A stretch of DNA of 64,000 bases from a phage, in the NCBI GenBank assembly GCA_011911785.1, contig GCA_011911785.1_4084.1; one strand, 5' to 3'. A model generated the notes under the pieces. It searched no databases and was not told the origin of the DNA. It was given only the letters and a program-made list of their open reading frames with translations. The position numbers and the translations under genes are program-made. Shown piece by piece: positions 46,209-56,117 of the stretch; the first letter of the stretch is position 1; every line of letters starts with the position of its first letter.

Positions 46209-46459
46209 TGAAAGTATTATCAAGCACTGAGTATCAATCTGCCCTATTCTCTCTTATCAATACCCTTCGCAAGAACAATGAACTTTATCCTTCCCCTGAG
46301 AATGATGTAGTTAATGGTGACGTGTTTCTACTTAAATTCGTTGGGACTAATAAACAAGTTATCTTCACTGATCGTTATATCAATGCACTAAGAAACCTTG
46401 TAGCGTATAAAACCCGCCAGGCCAAAAGAGAATGGAAGAGACAATGCGATCCAGAATAA
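46208..46459 (+). CDS. F1 family small protein (83 aa)
   Basis: Motif FVGTNKQVIF. Confidence 0.5.
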   Translation: MKVLSSTEYQSALFSLINTLRKNNELYPSPENDVVNGDVFLLKFVGTNKQVIFTDRYINALRNLVAYKTRQAKREWKRQCDPE

Positions 46460-46692
46460 ATCACATCATGTACGTTAAACTATTTCAGAAACTAATCCAC
46501 AAACACTATGATACAGTATCTGATAAACTCACTAATGATATCAGCAGACTTATTCACTGTGAAGCAGAGATGCTTGTACTGATGACGGGAGACGATACAC
46601 AAACAATCGCTAAGGCAATAGAGAACTATCTGGAAGCATATCAACAACATATAAGAACGGAAGTCTGGAGACGAGAGAATGAAAATCCTTAG
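46432..46692 (+). CDS. F1-like small protein, degenerate motif (86 aa; start uncertain)
   Basis: LMTGDDTQTIAKAIENYLEAY in the motif position. Confidence 0.4.
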   Translation: MEETMRSRINHIMYVKLFQKLIHKHYDTVSDKLTNDISRLIHCEAEMLVLMTGDDTQTIAKAIENYLEAYQQHIRTEVWRRENENP

Positions 46693-46894
46693 TGGGTATG
46701 AATATTACAGGCTGTTGCGAACTATACAAGCAAAAGTTTCTAGTATTTCTTTAAACAAATCTATTGCACAAGTGGACAAATGTGTTATAATAACTGAAAT
46801 GAAGCTATCTATCTTCATTGGGACAAACTATCAAAGCATCTACACTGACGCATGGTTAGCAAGTCTACGTAACAAGGTGATATCCAGAGAATGA
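46679..46894 (+). CDS. F1 family small protein (71 aa)
   Basis: Motif FIGTNYQSIY. Confidence 0.5.
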   Translation: MKILSGYEYYRLLRTIQAKVSSISLNKSIAQVDKCVIITEMKLSIFIGTNYQSIYTDAWLASLRNKVISRE

Positions 46895-47109
46895 AAAATT
46901 TACAAGGTTTTGAATATATTAAGCTTCTGCAAACCTGTGAAATCCAAAGAAGAAAGATTCAAAAGGCTAAAAGAATTACCGCAGAACGAAAGTTTACACT
47001 GATAACTGAAGTCTATGTAGAGGCACTCTTAGGCACAAACTATCAACAAACGTATATAGACCTATGGATCGATGCACTCCAGAAAGAGGTTAAAAGTAAA
47101 TGCAAATGA
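46891..47109 (+). CDS. F1 family small protein (72 aa)
   Basis: Motif LLGTNYQQTY. Confidence 0.5.
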   Translation: MKNLQGFEYIKLLQTCEIQRRKIQKAKRITAERKFTLITEVYVEALLGTNYQQTYIDLWIDALQKEVKSKCK

Positions 47110-47324
47110 TTAATTTAAGTAAAGATGAATATTATGTACGTCTTGCAAAAACTTATTCATTACGCAAGGCCATTTATGAAAGTCACATTATTGAACAATC
47201 AAATAAGTGGATTGTAGTAAATGAGATCAAGATGCTTTCAGTCTTAGGAACAAACTATCAAGCGAGTGCTGTACTGAAGGTCATTAATGCACTTCAAAAT
47301 GAGGTCCAAAGTAAATGCAAATGA
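47100..47324 (+). CDS. F1 family small protein (74 aa)
   Basis: Motif VLGTNYQASA. Confidence 0.5.
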   Translation: MQMINLSKDEYYVRLAKTYSLRKAIYESHIIEQSNKWIVVNEIKMLSVLGTNYQASAVLKVINALQNEVQSKCK

Positions 47325-47578
47325 TTAATTTAAGTCAAGATGAATATAACGAGCGACTTGCAAAAATCTCACCTAAACGTAATGCAATCTATCACAGCCA
47401 AGAAATTCAACACAGTAAGAAGATGATTATGTTTCGTGAGTTAAAGATGGGTGTCTTCTTAGGAACAAACTATCAAGAGACAGAAGTAAATCGCGTCATA
47501 ACCGAGTTACTCATGGAAATCAGAGGTAAGCTGTACTTTCATCAAATGACCCAACCACTGAGGTGTAATGAGAAATGA
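47315..47578 (+). CDS. F1 family small protein (87 aa)
   Basis: Motif FLGTNYQETE. Confidence 0.5.
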   Translation: MQMINLSQDEYNERLAKISPKRNAIYHSQEIQHSKKMIMFRELKMGVFLGTNYQETEVNRVITELLMEIRGKLYFHQMTQPLRCNEK

Positions 47579-47811
47579 ATAAAATTAATAACATCAACTT
47601 AGCAGAAAGATTTGATAGAATTGGGGAAGCTCTGAGAAGATACGATAAAGCATATGGTCATTTAAGCTTTACCATAGAAACGAGATATGCCCTTGAAGAA
47701 GAGTTTAAAATGCATAGTCTCTTAGGCACACAGTATCAAAATCAATATGTTCAAAATTGGATTGAACTTTTAATCCAAACAATTCATGTGAGGAACATAA
47801 AATGCAAATGA
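47575..47811 (+). CDS. F1 family small protein (78 aa)
   Basis: Motif LLGTQYQNQY. Confidence 0.5.
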   Translation: MNKINNINLAERFDRIGEALRRYDKAYGHLSFTIETRYALEEEFKMHSLLGTQYQNQYVQNWIELLIQTIHVRNIKCK

Positions 47812-48056
47812 TATACTTAACAGACGATGAAATAAAAGAAAGAATAATTAAATCCAGAAAACATACAAATCAACTTCCAAAAGACCCAAATCAAACCCCT
47901 GCTGAAAGGAGTGCAGAAGTATTATATCAACAACTCCTGTACTTTCTTGGGACTGATAGACAGGATTATTATGTTCGATCGATTCTTAGATATCTTAAAA
48001 TGACTATTCAGGAAAAGATACATGACCAAATATATAAAAATCTTAACAGTCAATGA
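47802..48056 (+). CDS. F1 family small protein (84 aa)
   Basis: Motif FLGTDRQDYY. Confidence 0.5.
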   Translation: MQMIYLTDDEIKERIIKSRKHTNQLPKDPNQTPAERSAEVLYQQLLYFLGTDRQDYYVRSILRYLKMTIQEKIHDQIYKNLNSQ

Positions 48057-48279
48057 ATATCATAAGATTATCATGAAGACTAATATTGAGAATTCTAAAA
48101 AATCAAATACCAAGTACATTCTGGAACACACATTTGAAGAACGACAATTAGCTTTAGTTGAAGCAAAACTTCTTGCACTATTAGGGACTAACTATCAAGA
48201 CGAGTACGTAAGAAAACTAATATACCTTTTAACTAAACATATAAGAAAAAGAAAAGCACATGAAACACTTGACAGATGA
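48022..48279 (+). CDS. F1 family small protein (85 aa)
   Basis: Motif LLGTNYQDEY; overlaps upstream gene by 35 nt. Confidence 0.45.
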   Translation: MTKYIKILTVNEYHKIIMKTNIENSKKSNTKYILEHTFEERQLALVEAKLLALLGTNYQDEYVRKLIYLLTKHIRKRKAHETLDR

Positions 48280-48490
48280 CGAATACGGTGTTATCATCCT
48301 TGATGTTATCAATAAAGAATACCATAGGAAACAACGATACGCTTGTTATGAAGATAAACAGCTTTCTATAGCTGAACAACAATTAGTTCATTTATTAGGA
48401 ACAAACTATCAAGAACAATGCACTGAACGTTACCTGTATCTACTGTCGAGGAAAGCAAAAAGAGATTATGAAAATTTTAAACGAAGGTGA
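48260..48490 (+). CDS. F1 family small protein (76 aa)
   Basis: Motif LLGTNYQEQC. Confidence 0.5.
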   Translation: MKHLTDDEYGVIILDVINKEYHRKQRYACYEDKQLSIAEQQLVHLLGTNYQEQCTERYLYLLSRKAKRDYENFKRR

Positions 48491-48683
48491 TGAAGTAATA
48501 TTACTTATAGAGAATTCAAGTAAATTCTTAAACATATCACTGTCTGATATAGATGAAGATGACAAAGAAGTACTGAGAGCAGATTTAAGAGTACTGTTAC
48601 ATCTCGGAACAAACCTACAAGAGCAATTCGTTGAGGACTACATCGATGAACTTAAAGAATCAGTACTGAGAAGATGCAAATGA
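48468..48683 (+). CDS. F1 family small protein (71 aa)
   Basis: Motif HLGTNLQEQF. Confidence 0.5.
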   Translation: MKILNEGDEVILLIENSSKFLNISLSDIDEDDKEVLRADLRVLLHLGTNLQEQFVEDYIDELKESVLRRCK

Positions 48684-48925
48684 AAATCCTTTCACCAAGT
48701 GAATACCACGAACTATTAAGTAGTTTAATTCCAAAGTTACATCGTAGCTGGTCAGCAGAATTATCACAGGATGAAAAAAATATTCTAATAAGTGAAATCT
48801 ATGTTCTAGCTACTATAGGAACTAACTATCAAGAACACATCATCGTGGATTATATTAATACACTTCAAAGGTCTATCCAATGCAAATGCGAATCATTACC
48901 GGAGAAGAATACCGAACAATCATAA
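48674..48925 (+). CDS. F1 family small protein (83 aa)
   Basis: Motif TIGTNYQEHI. Confidence 0.5.
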   Translation: MQMKILSPSEYHELLSSLIPKLHRSWSAELSQDEKNILISEIYVLATIGTNYQEHIIVDYINTLQRSIQCKCESLPEKNTEQS

Positions 48926-49122
48926 ATGGACTGTTTTTGAAGTTATTTGCCATTAACACATCAAAACTACCAGACACGGATAAAATTATTAAGTTAAATG
49001 AAATCTACGTTCAAGCAACTCTAGGAACTAACTATCAAGAAGCCAATGTTTATAATTACATTAATACACTTAAAAGGGTAATACAATTAAAATGCACAGA
49101 CAGCACATACACAAACCCCTAG
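48880..49122 (+). CDS. F1 family small protein (80 aa)
   Basis: Motif TLGTNYQEAN. Confidence 0.5.
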   Translation: MQMRIITGEEYRTIINGLFLKLFAINTSKLPDTDKIIKLNEIYVQATLGTNYQEANVYNYINTLKRVIQLKCTDSTYTNP

Positions 49123-49322
49123 GAACAGCAGAATACCTTGAACTAATGGCAGCAAACTTCTCATCCTTTCAGAAACTGATGCAAGAATCAAATAATGATT
49201 TAGAATATCATATCAAAAGTTCAGATTTAAGATTGTTACTCACTCTAGGAACAGACAGTCAGTACCAATTCGTACAGGAGCATATTAGAGCACTTTTAAA
49301 TGGCATCAGGAATAAACTATGA
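49092..49322 (+). CDS. F1 family small protein (76 aa)
   Basis: Motif TLGTDSQYQF. Confidence 0.5.
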   Translation: MHRQHIHKPLGTAEYLELMAANFSSFQKLMQESNNDLEYHIKSSDLRLLLTLGTDSQYQFVQEHIRALLNGIRNKL

Positions 49323-49534
49323 AGACAATATCTAATCAAGAGTACTTAGAACTATTCAGAAAGAATAATCACAAATTTTTAGTACTTGATACAAGAACTG
49401 ATATAGGGGAACTTGAAAAAAATCTTTTGCGTTCAGAGATGATAGTACTGACACTCTTAGGAACACAGCACCAAGAGAGAACTGTTAATTCACACATAGG
49501 GATTCTTATACAGATAGTACAGGAAAAGATATGA
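49319..49534 (+). CDS. F1 family small protein (71 aa)
   Basis: Motif LLGTQHQERT. Confidence 0.5.
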   Translation: MKTISNQEYLELFRKNNHKFLVLDTRTDIGELEKNLLRSEMIVLTLLGTQHQERTVNSHIGILIQIVQEKI

Positions 49535-49752
49535 GAATCATAACACAACAAGATATTCTTAAGTTCACAAGGGTTCATGCATCTGAATTTGATGCTATAT
49601 TATCAAAAAGTTACAACAACCCTTATACAGAAGATGTACACTACAGTGAATTATGGGTGTATATACTTTTAGATACAAATTATCAAGAGCAAGCAGTACA
49701 GAAGTATTTGACAGCTTTAAGTACTGCTATTGCTAATGGAATAGGTGTTTAA
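49531..49752 (+). CDS. F1 family small protein (73 aa)
   Basis: Motif LLDTNYQEQA. Confidence 0.5.
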   Translation: MRIITQQDILKFTRVHASEFDAILSKSYNNPYTEDVHYSELWVYILLDTNYQEQAVQKYLTALSTAIANGIGV

Positions 49753-49754
49753 AA

Positions 49755-50096
49755 ATGAAAACTAATATTCAACTTAAGGTTTATAAATCATTTGCAAGTA
49801 CATATATCAAATGCAGTCTATGTAAAGATGTAATGGACTACAAAGGTAAGCCATTCACGATTACTTACGATTCTACAAGAGGTTTTTATATATCTTTTGC
49901 TGATTACAAATATAACATGTACGAACACATTGACATTAAAGATTTAAGTACTTTATCTGAAGAAGAATACTTTCAAGAATCATTAGTATGGGATTTAGAG
50001 TTTCCTATGCCATTGGTACATAAGATGATAGTACTAATAAAAGAAACTAAACAGGAGCCTAATAGTGCTTATGAAGAACACATTATTGAGTACTGA
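49755..50096 (+). CDS. F2 family protein (113 aa)
   Basis: Motif SEEEYFQESLVWD. Confidence 0.5.
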   Translation: MKTNIQLKVYKSFASTYIKCSLCKDVMDYKGKPFTITYDSTRGFYISFADYKYNMYEHIDIKDLSTLSEEEYFQESLVWDLEFPMPLVHKMIVLIKETKQEPNSAYEEHIIEY

Positions 50097-50099
50097 ACC

Positions 50100-50330
50100 A
50101 TGAAAAGATTATCATTCGAAGAGTACTGCAAGCTTATTAATACTTTACAACCACAAATAAAACAAATAAATTCTCTTCCTATATCCCAAGAAGAACGTGC
50201 AGTACTGAAAGATGAGTTAATTTTAAAATGCACAGTAGGTACTAACTATCAAGCTGATAGTGTTCGTTATCTAATTTGGGGTTTAATGTGCATAATAGAG
50301 AACAAAGCAGTTGACAGTACTCTAATGTAG
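50100..50330 (+). CDS. F1 family small protein (76 aa)
   Basis: Motif TVGTNYQADS. Confidence 0.5.
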   Translation: MKRLSFEEYCKLINTLQPQIKQINSLPISQEERAVLKDELILKCTVGTNYQADSVRYLIWGLMCIIENKAVDSTLM

Positions 50331-50378
50331 TGCTATAGTACTTGTACTTTTCGAGCGTTCTAATAGAGGGTACAGATT

Positions 50379-50624
50379 ATGTTAAAATTTTTAAATTTTC
50401 TTATCGTCTTGTGTATTGTTCTTGGGATTGCACCGTTTGTATTAGCGTATCTGGATTCAGATGAAATGCACAAGATGAATTGCACAAAGACAGGACAGAG
50501 TAGAAAAGAGACGGTTATGATGCCCGTAACGGTTATTGTGAATAACATGCCGATTACAAACATGGTCCCTACCCTAACGACAACGTACCAGTACTCTTGC
50601 GATGACGGAGAGAGATGGAGATGA
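50379..50624 (+). CDS. Small protein with N-terminal hydrophobic segment (81 aa)
   Basis: MLKFLNFLIVLCIVLGIAPFVLA. Confidence 0.45.
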   Translation: MLKFLNFLIVLCIVLGIAPFVLAYLDSDEMHKMNCTKTGQSRKETVMMPVTVIVNNMPITNMVPTLTTTYQYSCDDGERWR

Positions 50625-50958
50625 TGCGATAATGCGTAAGATCAATTGTATAAAAAGAGCGAATACATGTTTCATTGCGTTGACCAATGTACCGGGTGGG
50701 TCTGGTGTTAAGATATTTGAGTACAATAAAGTTGATAATTGTTTCTATTGGGTAGAAGGTATCAAATCATATGAAAATACGATAGCAGTACCGAATCTAG
50801 TTGATATCTCTGAAGAAGAAGAGTTTCAGTACATGTTAGTACACGATGATTCTTTTGGGTTGACATACAAAGAGATGAAGGAAGTACAAAGGCAGATGAT
50901 ATCATGTATGAATATTTCTAAGCATTTCCTTCAAAATATTCATCCAATTTACGTATAA
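50602..50958 (+). CDS. F2 family protein (118 aa; start may be 50632)
   Basis: Motif SEEEEFQYMLVHD. Confidence 0.45.
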   Translation: MTERDGDDAIMRKINCIKRANTCFIALTNVPGGSGVKIFEYNKVDNCFYWVEGIKSYENTIAVPNLVDISEEEEFQYMLVHDDSFGLTYKEMKEVQRQMISCMNISKHFLQNIHPIYV

Positions 50959-50967
50959 GAGATTAAT

Positions 50968-51303
50968 ATGAAATTCAACATTCATAGAATTAATTCCGGT
51001 TGTATATTTGCTTATACGCATGAGAATTACAAGAAGTACATGAATCATGAAGTACATTATGTTTTTGAGGACGGTAAAGAATATTTTGCTTATTTGAGTC
51101 CCAGGAGTTTAGGTAAGTACGAGTTGCTTCAGGATCTTTCTCTTATGCAGGAAGATGAATTATTTCAGTACAGTCTAATTCATGACCCTTATATGTTTGA
51201 TATAGATATTATGTGCAGTTTACAGAAGAGGATGAAAGAAGTTTGGGATTCGATTAAAAGAGGTGATTGTATAGAATATGATAGTATACAAGAAGATGCC
51301 TAA
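50968..51303 (+). CDS. F2 family protein (111 aa)
   Basis: Motif QEDELFQYSLIHD. Confidence 0.5.
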   Translation: MKFNIHRINSGCIFAYTHENYKKYMNHEVHYVFEDGKEYFAYLSPRSLGKYELLQDLSLMQEDELFQYSLIHDPYMFDIDIMCSLQKRMKEVWDSIKRGDCIEYDSIQEDA

Positions 51304-51496
51304 CGGATATGAATTGAAGTACAGACAGTTTATTCGAAATGTAGATTCAGATCCTTTTAATGTTAAAATGGCAGAGTTTGATTTATTATTTTATCTAGGA
51401 ACGAGAGCACAGCCACAATTCGTTGATGCATACATAAGGGCTTTACGAACAGAGATAGTATGCACACCAAAGGAGTCTAAATGTACAAAAATGTAA
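51278..51496 (+). CDS. F1 family small protein (72 aa)
   Basis: Motif YLGTRAQPQF. Confidence 0.5.
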   Translation: MIVYKKMPNGYELKYRQFIRNVDSDPFNVKMAEFDLLFYLGTRAQPQFVDAYIRALRTEIVCTPKESKCTKM

Positions 51497-51738
51497 ACCA
51501 TCATTTGTACGCATCGAAGTACAGGGATTTTTGTTTACAAGGGGGCGATGAAGATTTTGCTCTGCGATTATCGGAATTTAATATGTTATTTTATCTTGGT
51601 ACATCAGTACAAGAAGAAATGGTACAGAAATTTATCAAGCACCTTGAGCGAAAAATTCATACGCAAATTTTGGTTGTTAAGTTACAGAATGAGATAAATG
51701 AATACAATGCAGAATCTAACAATAGTACAGGATCTTAG
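51481..51738 (+). CDS. F1 family small protein (85 aa)
   Basis: Motif YLGTSVQEEM. Confidence 0.5.
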   Translation: MYKNVNHHLYASKYRDFCLQGGDEDFALRLSEFNMLFYLGTSVQEEMVQKFIKHLERKIHTQILVVKLQNEINEYNAESNNSTGS

Positions 51739-52099
51739 ACCAGTAATAATGATGTTAAATGCAAGACGAGATTTATGGCACGAAATGCATAACAAGAAGG
51801 ATTCATTTGCACAAATCAATTTAGTCTTTCAGGAGTTAATCCAGAGTGCATTGGGTGTTATCGAACCAAAATACAAAGATGGTATATTCTGTGTAAAGAA
51901 TGCAGTTCGTCCTCATGCAATTCCAAGGAAAATTAAGTTAGCCAGATTAACATTTGACGAGAGGGATTTCTTCAGTTATAATCCCAGTACAGCTTTATAT
52001 TTTATTCCTGATTCAGACAAATATCATCCTATCCATTACGGATGGATTATGTCTTATATAGTAAATGAAACGGAATACCCTATTAAATGGGAAAGATGA
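51698..52099 (+). CDS. Hypothetical protein (133 aa)
   Basis: ORF track; overlaps neighbours. Confidence 0.4.
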   Translation: MNTMQNLTIVQDLRPVIMMLNARRDLWHEMHNKKDSFAQINLVFQELIQSALGVIEPKYKDGIFCVKNAVRPHAIPRKIKLARLTFDERDFFSYNPSTALYFIPDSDKYHPIHYGWIMSYIVNETEYPIKWER

Positions 52100-52275
52100 T
52101 GATAGATACAAAGACATTAAATGCATTACAGGATTCATTATTAGATAGTATTAAGCTGTATTACAATATGCATTTGAGGGGTGGTATCAATGATTACAAT
52201 TATTATTTGAGTGTAATTATATTTGAGCATCTTTCAGTACAGGATAGAATTTTACACAAGTACAAACATTATTGA
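52087..52275 (+). CDS. Hypothetical small protein (62 aa)
   Basis: ORF track; ATG start. Confidence 0.35.
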   Translation: MGKMMIDTKTLNALQDSLLDSIKLYYNMHLRGGINDYNYYLSVIIFEHLSVQDRILHKYKHY

Positions 52276-52286
52276 GGAAACAAAAT

Positions 52287-52646
52287 ATGTTCAATAAAAT
52301 CATGTTCATTTTAACATTTGTGTTTTTATCATTCACAAACACCGCTCATGCAGCACAGGCAGTACAGGCATCATCGGATGTACCGTTATATGAAACATAC
52401 AAATTTGATTGCAGATTACAGAATAATGAAATAATCAATATCTTTTTACACAATACAGAAGTACCTTATTTGCAGATTGAAGCAACGAAGTACATGTATT
52501 ATGGTACGAATTCGGTACAGGAATTTTTATTTAAACACACAGAACAGGATGTAATTATATCATTGCAGTACGTTGATAGTTCATTGTCTTTAATGCATTT
52601 CAAGAATGCAGAGGGATTAGTTACAGTGCTCAAATGCTATAGGTAA
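52287..52646 (+). CDS. Small secreted protein with signal peptide (119 aa)
   Basis: MFNKIMFILTFVFLSFTNTAHA; RBS GAGGA; track TTG start 52272 rejected. Confidence 0.5.
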   Translation: MFNKIMFILTFVFLSFTNTAHAAQAVQASSDVPLYETYKFDCRLQNNEIINIFLHNTEVPYLQIEATKYMYYGTNSVQEFLFKHTEQDVIISLQYVDSSLSLMHFKNAEGLVTVLKCYR

Positions 52647-52652
52647 TAATAT

Positions 52653-53168
52653 ATGAATGAAATTGAATTATTAACGCACAAGATTAGTACAATAATGCTT
52701 ATGCTCAAAAATAATCATCCTATACATAAGTACATTGATATAGATGAATTACGCATAGAAGATAGGCATGGTAAATTATCGTTTATGTTTCACAATGCAA
52801 ATAATGCAGGGAATGTTAACGTTTGTTTTGCAGCATTTACCCAAGCCAATCCAGTACAAACATCTCCTGTTGTATACGAAAATAAAGAAGGGTATTTGTG
52901 GGTAAACACAAACGATTATTTCTTTTATGATTTGAAACAAGATGATGAAGTAGAAGAACGAATTGATTTAATTGATATTAGTACAGATTGTAGTGCTGAA
53001 TTATTTCAGAAATCGTTATTATATAGTCCTCGTCAAATGCATTATCTAAAGTTATTCAGTTCATTGTACGCGAATCCTTTAATTAAGGGTTTTAAATTTT
53101 ATATAAAAGTTCCTGACATTCAAGCAGTTTATGATATTTTGATGCAAGGATATAGTTATGAAGTATAG
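52653..53168 (+). CDS. F2 family protein (171 aa)
   Basis: Motif SAELFQKSLLYS. Confidence 0.5.
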   Translation: MNEIELLTHKISTIMLMLKNNHPIHKYIDIDELRIEDRHGKLSFMFHNANNAGNVNVCFAAFTQANPVQTSPVVYENKEGYLWVNTNDYFFYDLKQDDEVEERIDLIDISTDCSAELFQKSLLYSPRQMHYLKLFSSLYANPLIKGFKFYIKVPDIQAVYDILMQGYSYEV

Positions 53169-53466
53169 AATGCTCTATACCAAAGATATGATTTATGTTG
53201 AATTAGAAGGCGATGAAGACGGTTGGAATTTGATTTATTCATGTAGTTCAGGTTGGTACATGGCACATTTAAATGATAACGAAGTCACAGATTATTTTGT
53301 AGATTTCAATACATTATCCGACGAAGAATTGTTTCAACAGCAATTAGTGATTGACACAGGTGGATATGATGTGTTATTATTAAAAAAGATACAGAAAGCT
53401 GTTATGAATTTTAATGCACATGTATCCGAATGGGAAAGGAAATATTATGACCTCGAAGTACAATAA
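53158..53466 (+). CDS. F2 family protein (102 aa)
   Basis: Motif SDEELFQQQLVID. Confidence 0.5.
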   Translation: MKYRMLYTKDMIYVELEGDEDGWNLIYSCSSGWYMAHLNDNEVTDYFVDFNTLSDEELFQQQLVIDTGGYDVLLLKKIQKAVMNFNAHVSEWERKYYDLEVQ

Positions 53467-53815
53467 TACATTTGATATTAATAAGTTAACAGAATGGTTT
53501 TATAATATTGAAATTGAAGCTATTCCGTATCACAAGTACGAACAACGTGATTTACGTAGTATAGATATTCGTGAGTTGTACGAGTATTATCAGAGTGCAT
53601 TAGAGATGCATAAGATATTTTTGAGTACAGAATACATGACACGTTGTAAGGATGCGTTTGATGAATTCAAGAAGAATGATAATTTAGTACAGAAATATGT
53701 AATAGCAAAGTACATGTACCTTCAGGGAATTACAAGTACAGTGCAATTCAATACAGTTCTTGCTTTAGTTGAGATTATTTTATTATGCAAAAATGTAAAG
53801 TGGAATTTAGTTTAG
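53447..53815 (+). CDS. Hypothetical protein (122 aa)
   Basis: No family motif; track start 53414 rejected. Confidence 0.4.
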   Translation: MTSKYNNTFDINKLTEWFYNIEIEAIPYHKYEQRDLRSIDIRELYEYYQSALEMHKIFLSTEYMTRCKDAFDEFKKNDNLVQKYVIAKYMYLQGITSTVQFNTVLALVEIILLCKNVKWNLV

Positions 53816-54282
53816 AGAGTGCTGTGCAGTACGTTAAGTACATTGAAGGTGTATACAATATAATGAAAGCATATGAAGGAAAAGGATATGCTTCAATAAA
53901 TCACAAATATGATTATATTAACAATCAGTTAGAAGAATCAAATTCAGGTAAAGTGCTTTTTAGTTTTTTATATTTTGCTCCTGACAATGTATATCCTGAT
54001 GAAAATGATCTTCGTCTGGAAAGAGATGACCTTTGGTATATGTATCCAGGACGTGATAAGCCAATGGATGATGCTTTGTTGGAAATCAAATACAGTCCAG
54101 AACCCTTGACACCGGAGTTGTGGTTCCAGTACAGTACAATACATGAAGAAATTGATATCTTTTTCTACGCAATATACAAGATGCTTTATGAGAATGGTGT
54201 GCTTAAGAATCATGTATATTTTTATTTCCAGCAAATGAAAAATGTATATGAGTCCTTTTACCCAACCGAGCCTGTATCGTAA
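53785..54282 (+). CDS. F2 family protein (165 aa)
   Basis: Motif TPELWFQYSTIHEE. Confidence 0.5.
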   Translation: MQKCKVEFSLESAVQYVKYIEGVYNIMKAYEGKGYASINHKYDYINNQLEESNSGKVLFSFLYFAPDNVYPDENDLRLERDDLWYMYPGRDKPMDDALLEIKYSPEPLTPELWFQYSTIHEEIDIFFYAIYKMLYENGVLKNHVYFYFQQMKNVYESFYPTEPVS

Positions 54283-54308
54283 GATATGGGCTTTTTTTCG
54301 TTTTGGTA

Positions 54309-54337
54309 TTGACACAGTACAGAATCGGTGCTAATAT
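54309..54337 (+). promoter_or_regulatory. Sigma70-type promoter TTGACA-17-TAATAT inside the F2 array
   Basis: Preceded by a weak hairpin + T7 run. Confidence 0.5.
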
Positions 54338-54363
54338 ACCTGAACATTTTTAAGGAGAACCCC

Positions 54364-54897
54364 ATGCAAACATCGCAAAAATCGCAAGTACAGAAAGCAA
54401 TGTCATTCAATGAAATTGGTGCATTTAAAGATAAGATTATTGATTGTATTGAATACGCGATTTGTAGTAATATCAAAAGTATAGAGGTATTTAACAAGTC
54501 AAATCGCTCTTACCATATGATGTACATTGCAAACAATAATGGTATCATTCCATTTGTTTCGGATAGTACAATATGGTTCGCTTGCGATGTGAAAAAATAC
54601 ACAATAGGTTCATATGTCTTCGGTAAACATGGTGATCTAATTATTCCTGAGCATTGTATGCAAGAAGAAGAATATTTTCAAAAGCAATGTGTACATGAAC
54701 CATTAGAGATGGTTGCTTTATATATGATACCTTATATCTCTAAATGTGTTCATGAGAATAAAGCTCCGTGGAATCATGAATTTGTATCGTTGAAGTTATT
54801 GTATAATGTTTTAGTACAATATTATGATTACAGACACGAGGGTACAATCAGCGATGTATGGGATTTCGAAAATTTAAGGGTAAAAACATATGAATAA
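54364..54897 (+). CDS. F2 family protein (177 aa)
   Basis: Motif QEEEYFQKQCVHE; RBS AAGGAG; track start 54328 rejected. Confidence 0.5.
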   Translation: MQTSQKSQVQKAMSFNEIGAFKDKIIDCIEYAICSNIKSIEVFNKSNRSYHMMYIANNNGIIPFVSDSTIWFACDVKKYTIGSYVFGKHGDLIIPEHCMQEEEYFQKQCVHEPLEMVALYMIPYISKCVHENKAPWNHEFVSLKLLYNVLVQYYDYRHEGTISDVWDFENLRVKTYE

Positions 54898-55528
54898 TTT
54901 TCCAAGAAATGCTTCACCGTATGAGGTGATGAAGTTCATGGAGCCTCATGTTCCTTATATGTTTGAAATGCTAAAGAAGTTCAATGCTATTTTCCCTGAG
55001 AATTCAAAATTGGAGATTCCATTTGATTCCGCATCCAGATACAGTGCATCCTGTGGTAAATTAGTTTTAGTTATCGGTAGTGACAGAATAGGTTTCAGGG
55101 AAGTATTTGACACGTCATTAGCATTTGGTATATTCGATAACAACAATAACATCACATACATTGACAAGTACATTTGCGACATAGCAGGTTCCTCTAAGCC
55201 GGATTCCTTTGTGGATTCAGTTGCAGATTATGGTGTTTCAAAAGATGGTAATGTAATAAGTACAAAGACGTTCATATCATTATCGTTAGAAGATGACATA
55301 TGTTACATTGCAGGGCAAGAGTACGAGGGTGTAGAGGAAGTGCTTTTTCAAATGTCCTTAGTACAGAAGGATATGGTGGACCCTACCGAAATCCTGAAGT
55401 TGTGCAAATATGCGAATGAGTACAAGAAATTGATTGAACCTGGGTTTAGTTTCAGTGCACAGAGTCCGCATTTTCAGATAAAAGTATATGAAGATTTCAT
55501 TTTGAAGTTAAAAGAGATTGTGTTATAA
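54890..55528 (+). CDS. F2 family protein (212 aa)
   Basis: Motif VEEVLFQMSLVQKD. Confidence 0.5.
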   Translation: MNNFPRNASPYEVMKFMEPHVPYMFEMLKKFNAIFPENSKLEIPFDSASRYSASCGKLVLVIGSDRIGFREVFDTSLAFGIFDNNNNITYIDKYICDIAGSSKPDSFVDSVADYGVSKDGNVISTKTFISLSLEDDICYIAGQEYEGVEEVLFQMSLVQKDMVDPTEILKLCKYANEYKKLIEPGFSFSAQSPHFQIKVYEDFILKLKEIVL

Positions 55529-55580
55529 TACGCAATAACATGCAATAACACACAATACAACAAAGACGGGAGTGATTTAG

Positions 55581-56117
55581 ATGATCCAGCACAAACATTT
55601 TGAGTACGAGTTCGCTGACAATTTAGTAAAAATCGTACAGGCGTTTGAGGCTGGGGATTTTGACCACATCTATCCTAAGCACAAGGAAGGATGGCTTGAG
55701 CCTAAGAGCGATATTGAAAAGTATCCATCTATTGTGTATTACAGGAGAGATACGGTAATGCACGCTGTAGGTGAGAAGATGCAGTTAGAGTATTGTCTTT
55801 TGTTCAATGCTATTACATCGGCTACATCAGCATCTGAAGAGTTCGCTCCAGTGAATTGGATTCGTTATTTGGATATGAGCAAGAGAGAGGAAGAAACCTT
55901 TTTTGGTTTAACAAAGCACGTTGATATTGCAACCTTGAATCCTAACATCCTGAGTCCTGAAGAATATTTTCAGGAGTCCTTAGTACAAGATCCTTATATT
56001 TTACAGGTGCAGCAAGTATATAATGTATTACGTGCTAATGTGAAAACGAATTTCTTTTTAGCTTTAACGTGGTACGATAGGTTAGTAAAAGATCTCAAAG
56101 AGATTAAGGGGGAGTAA
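55581..56117 (+). CDS. F2 family protein (178 aa)
   Basis: Motif SPEEYFQESLVQD. Confidence 0.5.
   Translation: MIQHKHFEYEFADNLVKIVQAFEAGDFDHIYPKHKEGWLEPKSDIEKYPSIVYYRRDTVMHAVGEKMQLEYCLLFNAITSATSASEEFAPVNWIRYLDMSKREEETFFGLTKHVDIATLNPNILSPEEYFQESLVQDPYILQVQQVYNVLRANVKTNFFLALTWYDRLVKDLKEIKGE

Noticed and set aside
45178-49752. Regular ~215-225-bp periodicity that could suggest a CRISPR-like or satellite repeat array
   Set aside because: Each unit is a complete ORF with its own start, overlapping stop and protein-level rather than nucleotide-exact conservation; no short direct repeats with unique spacers
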